A stretch of 43,477 nt of DNA, from positions 1 to 43,477 of the forward strand of contig DATC01000053.1 in assembly GCA_002504495.1 (NCBI GenBank), read 5' to 3'. The stretch comes from Methanomassiliicoccaceae archaeon UBA537 (lineage in GTDB: Archaea > Thermoplasmatota > Thermoplasmata > Methanomassiliicoccales > Methanomethylophilaceae). Below the pieces are notes generated by a model. That model did no database searches. It had not been told where the DNA came from and saw only the letters and a program-made list of their open reading frames with translations. Shown here piece after piece: positions 28,846-37,852 of this stretch (the first letter of the stretch is position 1; the number at the start of each line of letters is the position of its first letter). Made by a program: the position numbers and the translations under genes.

Positions 28846-28962
28846 CTCATCCCTTGTCTTTCCGTCTCCATTGTAGTCGATGGTTTGCTCCATCATTGTT
28901 CTACCGGGTTTTCACCGACCTCCCTTCTTCGCCTTTAAGAACGTCTGCGCGTAGATGCCGTC

Positions 28963-29505
28963 ATGTGCAATCCTCTAGCCGACATCTGCGACGGCGCCGT
29001 ACACGAGCTGGAGGCAATACTAGGTCGCGACAGATGCGGGGCGATCGTGTGCGGTCGTTCGATGCTACGCTTCAAGGATCCGATCGATGGAGAGTCTCCG
29101 TTGATCATGACCTTCCGCGTGATGGTGGTGCCTGTCATGGCGCGTCTCGGATATGTGCAGAGGGCATTCGATTCCACCGGTTTCGAAGAGTGCGTTGTAG
29201 CGGTCGTACCGATGAATCATCCGTTGAACGATGCGGAGGCGCAGGCGTGTTCGGCTCTCAAACGCTCGAATGTACGCAGAGGGGTCGCTACAGACGGATT
29301 CCTCTGGGTGCTGATGGATCGCGGGCCTTCCGGACCGAAAAGGCGCACTGTAGCCGATATCAGATCCTATTACATGGATGCCCTGATCCGCAGAAGATTC
29401 ATGCAGGCCGTAGAATCGGACGATCGGTACGCGGAGGAGTTCGTCAGGGCGTTCGGAAAGATCGATGGCACAGGAGATCGCGAAGGGACGCGACCTCCTC
29501 CGTGA
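28963..29505 (+). CDS. hypothetical protein, possibly a degenerate HsdR N-terminal (PD-(D/E)XK) fold
   Basis: L..A..Q....L......GVATDGFLW resembles the Q...Y...TNG..W pattern, but there is no E-x-K. Confidence 0.5.
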   Translation: MCNPLADICDGAVHELEAILGRDRCGAIVCGRSMLRFKDPIDGESPLIMTFRVMVVPVMARLGYVQRAFDSTGFEECVVAVVPMNHPLNDAEAQACSALKRSNVRRGVATDGFLWVLMDRGPSGPKRRTVADIRSYYMDALIRRRFMQAVESDDRYAEEFVRAFGKIDGTGDREGTRPPP

Positions 29506-29773
29506 ATTTCTCCACGGAGACGGCCATATCGGCCATGAAGTCGTCGTATTGATCGGAGACCGTGGCCCCGTCCGGAGTAGGGATGATGATGCCCTGCTGC
29601 TCCATGATCTTCAGGGAGTATCTTACGCGGTGCTTCGGGATGCCGGTCATCTCGGAAAGGCGTATGAGGCCTATCGGCTGATTGGTCTTCACCGTGCGGA
29701 GTATCGAGACATGGCGCTCCAAGAGCTCCAAGGCTTCAGCCAGATTGTGGACGGGATCGTTCTTGACGCTCAT
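29444..29773 (-). CDS. winged-helix transcriptional regulator (archaeal COG3388-like)
   Basis: LLERH..IL..V...PIG.IRLS...G.P.H.VRYSL..M...G.I.P...GA; CGA at 29464-29462. Confidence 0.8.
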   Translation of the reverse strand: MSVKNDPVHNLAEALELLERHVSILRTVKTNQPIGLIRLSEMTGIPKHRVRYSLKIMEQQGIIIPTPDGATVSDQYDDFMADMAVSVEKFTEEVASLRDLLCHRSFRTP

Positions 29774-29826
29774 TCGGCACTCTCGTAGAATCGTAATGGA
29801 TTTGGTAAATGGTTTCGAATAGCCGC

Positions 29827-29997
29827 TCAGCGGCCGTACCACTTCTGCTTGCCCCACTTGTTGTAGTTGGCCCACCATCCCTGGGTGACCGATCCGCAAC
29901 AATCGAGAGCTTTCTGCTCTCCGTCCGGGCCAGAGAAACACTTGTGGCAGTTCATGCACTGCCAAACGAGATAGGGCTCGTTGCTCTTGGCTTTCAT
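29827..29997 (-). CDS. unannotated 56-aa Cys/Trp-rich microprotein (CxxC...CC, zinc-finger-like)
   Basis: MKAKSNEPYLVWQCMNCHKCFSGPDGEQKALDCCGSVTQGWWANYNKWGKQKWYGR-TGA; minus-strand TTTATAG about 25 nt upstream, implying a leaderless mRNA. Confidence 0.65.
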   Translation of the reverse strand: MKAKSNEPYLVWQCMNCHKCFSGPDGEQKALDCCGSVTQGWWANYNKWGKQKWYGR

Positions 29998-30260
29998 GGG
30001 CGATGGATTGGTAGGACTGGCTATAAACCTTTGCGATGAAATCTTCCTGCGGTCGATGCCGATCGGGAAAGGCCGTCCGACGGCGATGGATGCATGAGCA
30101 ACCGTTCATGGGTCCGCGATGCTGGCACACCCGTCGTTCCAGATGCATGGATGCATCATGTCGTCGATGATGGTTCTTTGCGCCTTTATTATACTATTTC
30201 AATATTTTGTCCATCGACACACTTCACCATTATATACGCTCTAAGTCATGCATACGGTTC

Positions 30261-30761
30261 ATGACAAGAATCAAGGTCATCAACGAACCGTCGGAGCTGG
30301 TTCCGATGCTGAGGTCCGTTGATACATCCGTGAAAAGGGATGTCCTGAAAGAGGTGACCTTGGAATGGAGGACCGCCGACGAGATCGAACAGAAGTTCGG
30401 TCCCGAAGGAAGGGATGCGATCACCTTCTTCGAGAAGATGAAGCTCGTCGAGACCCGCTGGCTTTCCAAGGACGGCGGCTATCCCGAGAAGTCCTACCAT
30501 ACCTATTACACGTCTTTCAGCATCAACGCCCAGTGGCCCGTGTACGAGATCAGCGATGTCCTGACCGCGGCCATGATGAGCGACGAGGAGTACGCGGAGA
30601 TCGAGAACAAGATCCTGGAGCAGGTCGGAAAGGACGGCCGGTTCTCCGGCGACATCGCCGAGGCTCTGGGATTGTCCTCCACCATGCTCAAGAGCCTCGT
30701 CCGCAGGTCCGTCAAGATGGACTACCGCGGCCACAGGATCGAACTCATCAAAGATGAGTGA
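30261..30761 (+). CDS. archaeal ArsR-like winged-helix transcriptional regulator
   Basis: KVINEPSELVP, W.T..EI, LVETRW...PEK.YHTYY and a C-terminal HTH. Confidence 0.75.
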   Translation: MTRIKVINEPSELVPMLRSVDTSVKRDVLKEVTLEWRTADEIEQKFGPEGRDAITFFEKMKLVETRWLSKDGGYPEKSYHTYYTSFSINAQWPVYEISDVLTAAMMSDEEYAEIENKILEQVGKDGRFSGDIAEALGLSSTMLKSLVRRSVKMDYRGHRIELIKDE

Positions 30762-30763
30762 AG

Positions 30764-31282
30764 ATGGCCGGAATATGGATAATGAGAATCGGTCACCGTC
30801 CCGAGAGGGACAAGAGGGTGACCACGCACGTGGCTCTGGCGTCGCGTGCGCTCGGAGCCAAGGGCATATTCGTCGATACGGAGGATCCCGTTCTCGAGGA
30901 GAGCATTCGCAGCGTCGTGGGCCGCTTCGGAGGGGACTTCACCATAGAGACCGGCGTGCCCTGGAAATCCAAGATCAAGAACTGGCCCGGCAAAGTGGTC
31001 CATCTCACGATGTACGGCCAGAGGTTCGACGAGGCGGTGCCCAAGATCCCGCTCGACGAGGACCTGCTCATAGTGGTCGGAGCCGAGAAGGTTCCTGCAG
31101 AGGTCTATCAGAGGGCGGATTTCAACGTCTCCGTCGGCAACCAGCCTCATTCGGAGATCGCCGCCATGTCGATATTCCTCTACCAGCTGACAGGCGGGAA
31201 GGCGCTCTACGAGGATCGCGGAGGCCATCTCGAAGTCGTGCCCAACGAGAGGGGGAAGACCGTTGTCGAACACGATCCCTGA
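30764..31282 (+). CDS. trm56: tRNA (cytidine56-2'-O)-methyltransferase aTrm56
   Basis: RIGHRPERDKRVTTHV, HLTMYG, VGAEKVP and NQPHSE motifs. Confidence 0.95.
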   Translation: MAGIWIMRIGHRPERDKRVTTHVALASRALGAKGIFVDTEDPVLEESIRSVVGRFGGDFTIETGVPWKSKIKNWPGKVVHLTMYGQRFDEAVPKIPLDEDLLIVVGAEKVPAEVYQRADFNVSVGNQPHSEIAAMSIFLYQLTGGKALYEDRGGHLEVVPNERGKTVVEHDP

Positions 31283-31925
31283 CGAGGCCGAATGCATCGG
31301 CTATCTTGAGGACGCCGGATGCAAGCGCAGGGTCGTCATCCACTGCTGCACGGTCGAGGCCGTCGCCAAGGAGATGATCTCCCGCATAGACGGCGTGGAC
31401 CGCGATCTGGTCTTGGCGGGAGCGCTGCTCCACGACATAGGCAGGTCGAAGGACCATTCCATCATGCACGCGTACGTGGGGTCGCAGATCGCCGCGTCGT
31501 ACGGGCTCCCGGTCGCTCTCCAGGATATAATCCGCAAGCATACCGGCGCAGGGCTCGATGCGGAGGATGTGGAGGAGATGGGCCTGCCTCCGGCAGACTA
31601 CATGCCGAGCACACTGGAGGAGAAGATCGTGGCCCATGCGGACAACATGGTCAGCGACAACCGCGTCGTGGATCACATGCATTCCGTGGAGAAGCTCTTC
31701 AACAAGGGGGCCGTCCGCGGAGCCGAACGCGTGGAGGATCTGCATCGCGAGCTCTCCCTCCTCTACGGAGAGGATCTGGACTGCATCCCCGGGAAGATCG
31801 GGGAGTATCCCGAGCTGGAGCTCGCCAAACGCATGGGGATCCTGCGATCCCCGATTTCTTCACAGGACCGTCGGGCTTTTCGTCCGCGGGCCTGTTCGTC
31901 ATTTTTCTCCGAATCCTGCCTTTGA
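31263..31925 (+). CDS. HD/HDIG metal-dependent phosphohydrolase (TIGR00295-like)
   Basis: TTG start after GAGGGGG; H...V, LLHDIGR, H, HTGAG and EEKIVAHADN motifs; likely true end at CGA 31845. Confidence 0.85.
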   Translation: MSNTIPDEAECIGYLEDAGCKRRVVIHCCTVEAVAKEMISRIDGVDRDLVLAGALLHDIGRSKDHSIMHAYVGSQIAASYGLPVALQDIIRKHTGAGLDAEDVEEMGLPPADYMPSTLEEKIVAHADNMVSDNRVVDHMHSVEKLFNKGAVRGAERVEDLHRELSLLYGEDLDCIPGKIGEYPELELAKRMGILRSPISSQDRRAFRPRACSSFFSESCL

Positions 31926-31964
31926 AATACTACGGCCTAGATATGCTCCGAGGAGTGTTCCGCA

Positions 31965-32276
31965 ATGGTAGCAGAACTCGATGGTAACACATTCGAATCA
32001 TTCGTGAAGTCGAACGGAATCGCGGTCGTCGACTGCTGGGCCCCTTGGTGCGGCCCCTGCAGGCGCATGGGACCCATCGTCGACGAGGCGGCCGCCGATC
32101 TCGAAGGCAGGGCCGCGGTCGCCAAGCTCAATACCGATGAGAACGGCGCCATAGCCGAGAAGTACCGCATCGATGCGATTCCGACCCTGCTCTTCTTCAA
32201 GAACGGGGAGCTCGCGGAGACGCTCGTCGGACTGAGACCCAAGGAAGACATAATCGCCATCGTGGACAGGCTCTGA
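31965..32276 (+). CDS. trxA: thioredoxin
   Basis: WAPWCGPC and IPT motifs. Confidence 0.95.
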   Translation: MVAELDGNTFESFVKSNGIAVVDCWAPWCGPCRRMGPIVDEAAADLEGRAAVAKLNTDENGAIAEKYRIDAIPTLLFFKNGELAETLVGLRPKEDIIAIVDRL

Positions 32277-33160
32277 TGGATTTCGACGTCGTCGTTATAG
32301 GAGCCGGTCCCGCCGGACTGCAGGCCGCGATCCAGATCGCCAGGAAGAAGGCCTCCGTGGCCGTCGTCGGAAAGGCGTCCGGAAGCGCTCTGCACGGAGC
32401 GAGCATATCCAACTATCTCGGGACCGGGACGGTTCCGGGAGAGGACCTGCTGTCGGAGGGACGCGTCCAGGCCGTCGATGCCGGGGCCGTCCTGATGGAA
32501 TCGGACGTCATAGGCGCATCCGGATCCGACGGGGTCTTCCGCACGGAGCTCGACAACGGCGACGTCCTCGTCTCCCGCGCGATCGTTCTGGCCACAGGGG
32601 TATCCCGCGAGAAGCTCGGCGTGCCCGGGGAGAAGGAGTTCTTCGGCAAGGGCGTCAGCTACTGCGCGGTATGCGACTGCAACTTCTACAAGGGTCGCAG
32701 GGTCGCCGTGATAGGAAACGGCTCCGAGGCCGCGGTGGCCGCCGAGCTGATGACGGGATACGCCTCCGAGACGCATTGGATCCGCTGGGCATCCGAGGCG
32801 TCCGAGCATCTCGTCTCCAAGGCCGTCGCCGCCGGAGCGGTCGTCCATGATTCCCGCCCCGTATCCATCGACGGCGAGGCCAGAGTGGGATCCGTGACAT
32901 TGGAGGACGGCGCCGTCATCCCGGTCGACGGCATCTTCATAGAGCTGGGCGCGAGGTCGTCCGTCGATCTCGCCATGGATCTCGGCGCAATGCCGGAGTT
33001 CGACGATTCCCTGAAGGTCGATCGCGCCTGCGCCACCGGCGTTCCCGGCCTCTTCGCCTGCGGAGACATCACCGGGAGGCCGTATCAGGTCGCCAAGGCC
33101 GTGGGGGAGGGTTGCGTCGCCGGTATGTCCGCCGCCGATCATGCGAGGGGCACCAGATGA
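32276..33160 (+). CDS. trxB: thioredoxin reductase-like FAD oxidoreductase
   Basis: IGAGPAG, ATG, GKGVSYCAVCD, GD and A.GEG motifs. Confidence 0.88.
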   Translation: MDFDVVVIGAGPAGLQAAIQIARKKASVAVVGKASGSALHGASISNYLGTGTVPGEDLLSEGRVQAVDAGAVLMESDVIGASGSDGVFRTELDNGDVLVSRAIVLATGVSREKLGVPGEKEFFGKGVSYCAVCDCNFYKGRRVAVIGNGSEAAVAAELMTGYASETHWIRWASEASEHLVSKAVAAGAVVHDSRPVSIDGEARVGSVTLEDGAVIPVDGIFIELGARSSVDLAMDLGAMPEFDDSLKVDRACATGVPGLFACGDITGRPYQVAKAVGEGCVAGMSAADHARGTR

Positions 33161-33669
33161 CAGTATCCGATCTGATATCGGGGATGCTGAGGGAAGAGGG
33201 GGGTTTCCAGAAGGCCCTCCGCAGCATACTGGAGGACGAGCTGAAGATGTCCCTCAACGAGTTCTGCCAGGCCTCCGGCATATCGCAGAGCACCATGTAC
33301 AAGATCCTGGAGGACAAGCGCGAGCCCAATCTGCGCACCGTCCGTCAGGTGATCAAATCCCTCAAGATCCTCGTCGAACCCGATGATTCGCACTTCATAG
33401 CAGTCATCGCCAGCACGATGGTCGTGGAGAATCTTCCGAAGACCATCGATCTCGACGGATTGAAGGTGGCCATACGCGAGTATCCCGTCTCCACGGTGGA
33501 GGACGCCATCATAGTGGCGGTGAGGGCGGAACGCGACGGAGCTCTCGGAGTGGTCTGCGCGCCCATCGTCGCCCCCACCATAGAGAAGATCCTGGCGATC
33601 CCGGTCTCCAGGGCGATACCCTACAACAGTGTTCTCAAGGCCATAGATCGGCTCAAGGACCTGATCTGA
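33157..33669 (+). CDS. XRE-type HTH transcriptional regulator (archaeal)
   Basis: SLNEF...SGISQST.YKI...REPNLRT and AER.GA...VCAPI; ATGA overlap with trxB. Confidence 0.8.
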   Translation: MTVSDLISGMLREEGGFQKALRSILEDELKMSLNEFCQASGISQSTMYKILEDKREPNLRTVRQVIKSLKILVEPDDSHFIAVIASTMVVENLPKTIDLDGLKVAIREYPVSTVEDAIIVAVRAERDGALGVVCAPIVAPTIEKILAIPVSRAIPYNSVLKAIDRLKDLI

Positions 33670-33786
33670 TGCTTCGTCCGCGATATCCGCCGACGCCATT
33701 CGTTCCGCCTTCAGTAACACGTTTTTTATTTTTTTATACGTTCTATTAAATACGCACTCCGCATCGGCCGTACGAAAGGTGCTACC

Positions 33787-35229
33787 ATGGAAAGCAGAAA
33801 GCTTGTAGCGGTCGTCGCGGTAGTCATAGTGCTCGCGGCTTCATTGTTCATCGTCTTCGCAGATCGGGACGATGGATCCGGCTTCTCGCCGAGCGGATAT
33901 CCGGCGCATCTCGCCGTGCTGGGGAATGCGGATCTCGATGATGCCATCACGGCATCGGATGCGGAGGTGATCAGGAAGGTCGTCGAGACGGGATACGACA
34001 ACTATTCCGAGGTCTACATGTGCGACGCCAATAACGACGGCGTCGTGGATCGCGAGGACGCGATCATGGTGGACAGGATGGTAGCGGCCCAGGCATCGGG
34101 CGACTGGAGCAAGGTCGGGATGATCCACTATATCGACGTGGACAAGCGCATCGCGTCCTATGATATGACCGGGAGCGACAAGGTGATAACGATCATCGCC
34201 CCGGTTCTCGATACCGTCCTCGCCATGGGCGGGAAGGATCTCGTGGTCGGATTCGACAACAGGATAACGACCGGAAAGTACCATGAGGAGTATGCATCCC
34301 TCTTCGATTTCTCGAAGATGATCGATGTCGGCAGCTGCAACGAGCCCGACACGGAATCCATCACCCGCGCTTCCGATATGTACGGGGGCGTGACCGTGGT
34401 ATGCGGAACCCGGGACTCGTACGGTCCGACCATGGAGTCCGTCTTCGCCGGAACCGATGTGCAGATCGTCCGCGTGGCGTCATGGGAGTACGGGGAGACC
34501 ATGTACGGCTTCATCACCCTCGCGTATCTTCTGAAATGCGTCGAAGGCGCGGAGATGTACGTCTCCTGGTACGATGGATGCATGGACGTCGTAGCCGACA
34601 TCGTCGCATCCACGCCCGATTCCGACCGTTCCGTCGGTGCGGCCGCGGCTTACGGCTATCTCGACGAGCTGTCCCTCCTGGGAACGTACACCGGAGAGCA
34701 TGCGGCGCTGATGTCCCTCCGCGTATTCGATTCCGCGGGATCGTATCTCGGGGGCGGCAGCGGAGGCCACGGCAACTCGATAGCCGACGAGGCCGTATCG
34801 GCGATGTACGCAGACCATTCCCTCAGGAATCTGGTCCTGATGGTGGGGACCCCGTTCCAGATCTCCGAGCAGGCCAAGGCGTCGTACATGGAGGGCGTCT
34901 ATGAAAAGTGGTGCGACAGGCTCGGGGCCGATGCGATGCCGGGATTGAACATATGCGTGTCCGGATACTCCTTCAGCAGCGGCGTCTCCGAGGTGCTCAA
35001 CCAGCTCATACTGTGCTATTGGATGTACAACGACGAGTTCCTGGCTCATTTCGGCTGCTCGACGCAGAAGGAGGCCCAGGACGTCCTCGCCGGCTACGTC
35101 GACGCGTACTGCGGTTGGATCGGGATATCCGACGCCTGGAGCTTCTACGGGGCCGACGGCACGCGCGGCATGAACCTCCTGTACTGCGGGGACGGGGATC
35201 CGCGCAACATCATGTACGGCGGCAGGTGA
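33787..35229 (+). CDS. Fe/cobalamin-type ABC transporter substrate-binding protein with N-terminal dockerin-like EF-hand pair
   Basis: Signal/TM, then GNADLDDAITASD...CDANNDGVVDRED and a TroA-like domain (EP..E); AT-rich promoter at 33722-33752. Confidence 0.8.
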   Translation: MESRKLVAVVAVVIVLAASLFIVFADRDDGSGFSPSGYPAHLAVLGNADLDDAITASDAEVIRKVVETGYDNYSEVYMCDANNDGVVDREDAIMVDRMVAAQASGDWSKVGMIHYIDVDKRIASYDMTGSDKVITIIAPVLDTVLAMGGKDLVVGFDNRITTGKYHEEYASLFDFSKMIDVGSCNEPDTESITRASDMYGGVTVVCGTRDSYGPTMESVFAGTDVQIVRVASWEYGETMYGFITLAYLLKCVEGAEMYVSWYDGCMDVVADIVASTPDSDRSVGAAAAYGYLDELSLLGTYTGEHAALMSLRVFDSAGSYLGGGSGGHGNSIADEAVSAMYADHSLRNLVLMVGTPFQISEQAKASYMEGVYEKWCDRLGADAMPGLNICVSGYSFSSGVSEVLNQLILCYWMYNDEFLAHFGCSTQKEAQDVLAGYVDAYCGWIGISDAWSFYGADGTRGMNLLYCGDGDPRNIMYGGR

Positions 35230-35232
35230 ACG

Positions 35233-36309
35233 ATGTACGAGTCGTGGGCGGAGAACGAGGATGATGCGGAGGGCGCCGTCGTACGCATCGGCGAGACCGC
35301 TTCGAGAAAGGCGGCCGTCGTTCTGGCGCTTCTCGTCGGAGGGGTGCTCCTCCTGTTCGGAGCGAGGCTCGCGATCGGAGACTACAGTGTCGGCGCGGCA
35401 GATGCCCTTGCCGCGCTGTGGAGGCATTTGACGGAGGGGCCCGACGGATCCATGCTGGACAACGTGGTGTGGAAACAGCGCCTTCCGAGGGCCTTCACGG
35501 CCGTGATCGCCGGCACGGGCCTCGCGGCGGCGGGTGCGGCGATGCAGAGCCTCATGAAGAATCCTCTAGCGGACCCGTACACCGCCGGCATCTCCTCCGG
35601 AGCGCTCTTCGGGGCGACCTTGTCAATGACCCTGGGGATCGGTCTGGCGGAGGGATATTTCGGGCGCGTCGCGAACGCCTTCGTATTCGCCATGGTGCCC
35701 GCCCTCGTCATCGCCGTCATATCGCGTTGGCGCAAGCCGTCTCCTGCGATGATGATCCTCGCCGGCATCGCGATCATGTACATCTTCAACGCGTTCCAGT
35801 CCTACATGATGCTGAAGGCCGATCCGAACTCGGCCTCCAGCGTGTACACCTGGAGCGTCGGCAGCATAGGGATGACGACATGGAGCACCATCCCCGTGAT
35901 GGCGGGCACCACTATCGCAGGATGCGCGATGCTCATGCTGATGTCCCGCGCCCTCAATGCGATGAACGCGGGGGACGACTACGCCAGGTCCCTGGGAATC
36001 CCGATAGACGGGGTCCGCATACTGTGCCTGGGACTCGTTTCGTTCGTCGCCGCGGGGATAGTCAGCTTCACCGGCGTTATAGGATTCGTGGGGCTGGTGT
36101 CGCCTCATATCGCGAGGATGCTCATCGGTCCGGACAACCGCCTGCTGATCCCCGCATCCGCGCTCATGGGTGCGCTCATGATGCTGCTGTGCGACATCGT
36201 CGGATTCCTCATCATGGGCTCCACCCTTCAGATAGGCGTGGTCACTGCCATGATAGGCGGTCCGCTGTTCATGGCCATCCTGCTCACCAGGAGGGGCGAG
36301 GTATGGTGA
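35233..36309 (+). CDS. FecCD/BtuC family ABC permease
   Basis: RLPR, NPLADPY..GISSGA, GD..A.SLG, GVIGFVGLV.PH and G.P.F motifs. Confidence 0.93.
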   Translation: MYESWAENEDDAEGAVVRIGETASRKAAVVLALLVGGVLLLFGARLAIGDYSVGAADALAALWRHLTEGPDGSMLDNVVWKQRLPRAFTAVIAGTGLAAAGAAMQSLMKNPLADPYTAGISSGALFGATLSMTLGIGLAEGYFGRVANAFVFAMVPALVIAVISRWRKPSPAMMILAGIAIMYIFNAFQSYMMLKADPNSASSVYTWSVGSIGMTTWSTIPVMAGTTIAGCAMLMLMSRALNAMNAGDDYARSLGIPIDGVRILCLGLVSFVAAGIVSFTGVIGFVGLVSPHIARMLIGPDNRLLIPASALMGALMMLLCDIVGFLIMGSTLQIGVVTAMIGGPLFMAILLTRRGEVW

Positions 36310-37076
36310 CGGGCATCTCGGCCGAAGGCCTCGGCATGGGATACGGAGACATCCTCGTATGCAGCGGGCTCGACCTGAGTCTGAGGGATCCGGGCCTCGT
36401 GTGCATCATAGGCCCCAACGGCGCCGGAAAGACCACGCTGATGCATGCCCTCAACAGGCTGGAGAAGCCTGCGGAGGGAAGGGTCGTGCTGGACGGGACG
36501 GACCTCTCGGACATGCGCAGGTCGGAGATAGCGCGCAGGGTCGCCTACGTCCCGAACGCTTCGGAGGAGGCGTTCTCGATGACAGTGCTGGACACGGTGC
36601 TGATGGGGCGCCATCCGCTGTCCTCGGAGTCATCGCGCCGGAAGGATCTCCGCATGGCCGCCCGGTGCCTGAGGATGCTCGGCATCCAGGATCTGGCGGG
36701 CAGGCGCTTCGATGCCCTCTCCTCCGGGCAGCGCCAGAGGGTCATGATAGCCCGCGGTCTGGCGCAGGAGGCCGAGATCATCCTTCTGGACGAGCCCACG
36801 TCGAATCTCGATCTGCGCCATCAGATGGAGGTCATGCGCCTCCTCCGCGACATCTCCAAGGCCGAAGGGCTGATCGCCGTCGTCGTCTGCCACGACATCA
36901 ACCTCGCCGCACGGTACGCCGACCGCATGGTCCTGCTGGCGGACGGCGCTGTGAAGGCCGACGGGACGCCGTGGGAGGTCGTGACGCCCGGGACGATCAT
37001 GGAGGCGTACGGCCTGGACTGCGACGTCACGGACGCCGGAGGGAGGCCGTATATAGTATACCGCGGGGAGCCGCGA
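36303..37076 (+). CDS. Fe-siderophore/cobalamin ABC transporter ATP-binding subunit
   Basis: GPNGAGKT, LSSGQRQR, LLDEPT and HD motifs. No standard stop: the frame continues into the 37146..37601 gene. End placed at the in-frame CGA 37074-37076. Confidence 0.88.
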
Positions 37077-37145
37077 TCGATCTCGCGAAGCGCACCTACC
37101 AAGTTTAAATGCGAGCTTAACTTACACGGTCGAGAGGCATGGATC

Positions 37146-37601
37146 TTGTTCGAGCTGCAGGTCGTTAGCAACACACCGATGACCGGGGAGGACGACATAT
37201 ACGTCGTCGCGGAGACATTTCTGATGCAGATCGGGTATCTCCCGAAAGGCTACGATCCGAAGACCGGCGTCATCAAGGTGAGGGACAGCGTGCCGTACAG
37301 GCTCTTCATGGACTACCTCGTCGCCCACCCCGCCAAGGCATGGACCGTGGAGGACCTGGCCTCCCTGCTGGGGACCACGAAGCCGACGATCTACCGCCAC
37401 ATAAACAAGCTGAAGTCCATGGACCTCCTGGAGGCCGTGGACGTGGATTCAGACGGGCAGACCCGCAAGGGGTACCGCATAAGGTACGGGGACCTCGTGA
37501 AGGCGTGGAGCTTCACCGAATCCAACGTGCAGATGGCCATGGAGAACTACCGCAAGTCCGTAGCGCATCTGCAGGAACTCATGAAAGAGAGGCGTGAATG
37601 A
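37146..37601 (+). CDS. winged-helix transcriptional regulator
   Basis: TTG 37146 after a TTTAAAT box (37104) and GAGG; WTVEDLASLLGTTKPTIYRHINKL HTH. Confidence 0.75.
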   Translation: MFELQVVSNTPMTGEDDIYVVAETFLMQIGYLPKGYDPKTGVIKVRDSVPYRLFMDYLVAHPAKAWTVEDLASLLGTTKPTIYRHINKLKSMDLLEAVDVDSDGQTRKGYRIRYGDLVKAWSFTESNVQMAMENYRKSVAHLQELMKERRE

Positions 37602-37852
37602 TGGCAGAGGACTATTCCATAAAGAAGGACGCGAGGTTCGTCGTCGTGTACAGGATCACGGATTCCAGGGACGGTTCCGTGGAGGGGACGTACAAGGGCA
37701 TGGCCGCCATGGGCGCCGAGACGGCGTTCGTCTTCGAGACGTCCGACGGCATCGTGTTCCTCAACGCGTCGTCGATCGTCTCGATGAAGCAGACCGCGGC
37801 CGCTCCGGAAGAGCCGAAGAAGCCCAAGGACGAGAGCGCTCTGTATGGCTGA
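37598..37852 (+). CDS. small beta-rich hypothetical protein (Sm/LSm-like) ending in LYG
   Basis: 84 aa, coupled to both neighbours; G-x-x-x-G and F-L-N-x-S-S-I pattern; flexible tail ending L-Y-G. Confidence 0.65.
   Translation: MMAEDYSIKKDARFVVVYRITDSRDGSVEGTYKGMAAMGAETAFVFETSDGIVFLNASSIVSMKQTAAAPEEPKKPKDESALYG

Noticed and set aside
30040..30200. Structured ncRNA in the intergenic region with short palindromes (e.g. GATGCAT-GG-ATGCATC)
   Set aside because: The stems are short and match no RNA family I recognise; evidence is insufficient.
33670..33786. Cobalamin riboswitch ahead of the ABC operon
   Set aside because: The leader is too short, has no B12-box, and the TATA lies close to the ATG.
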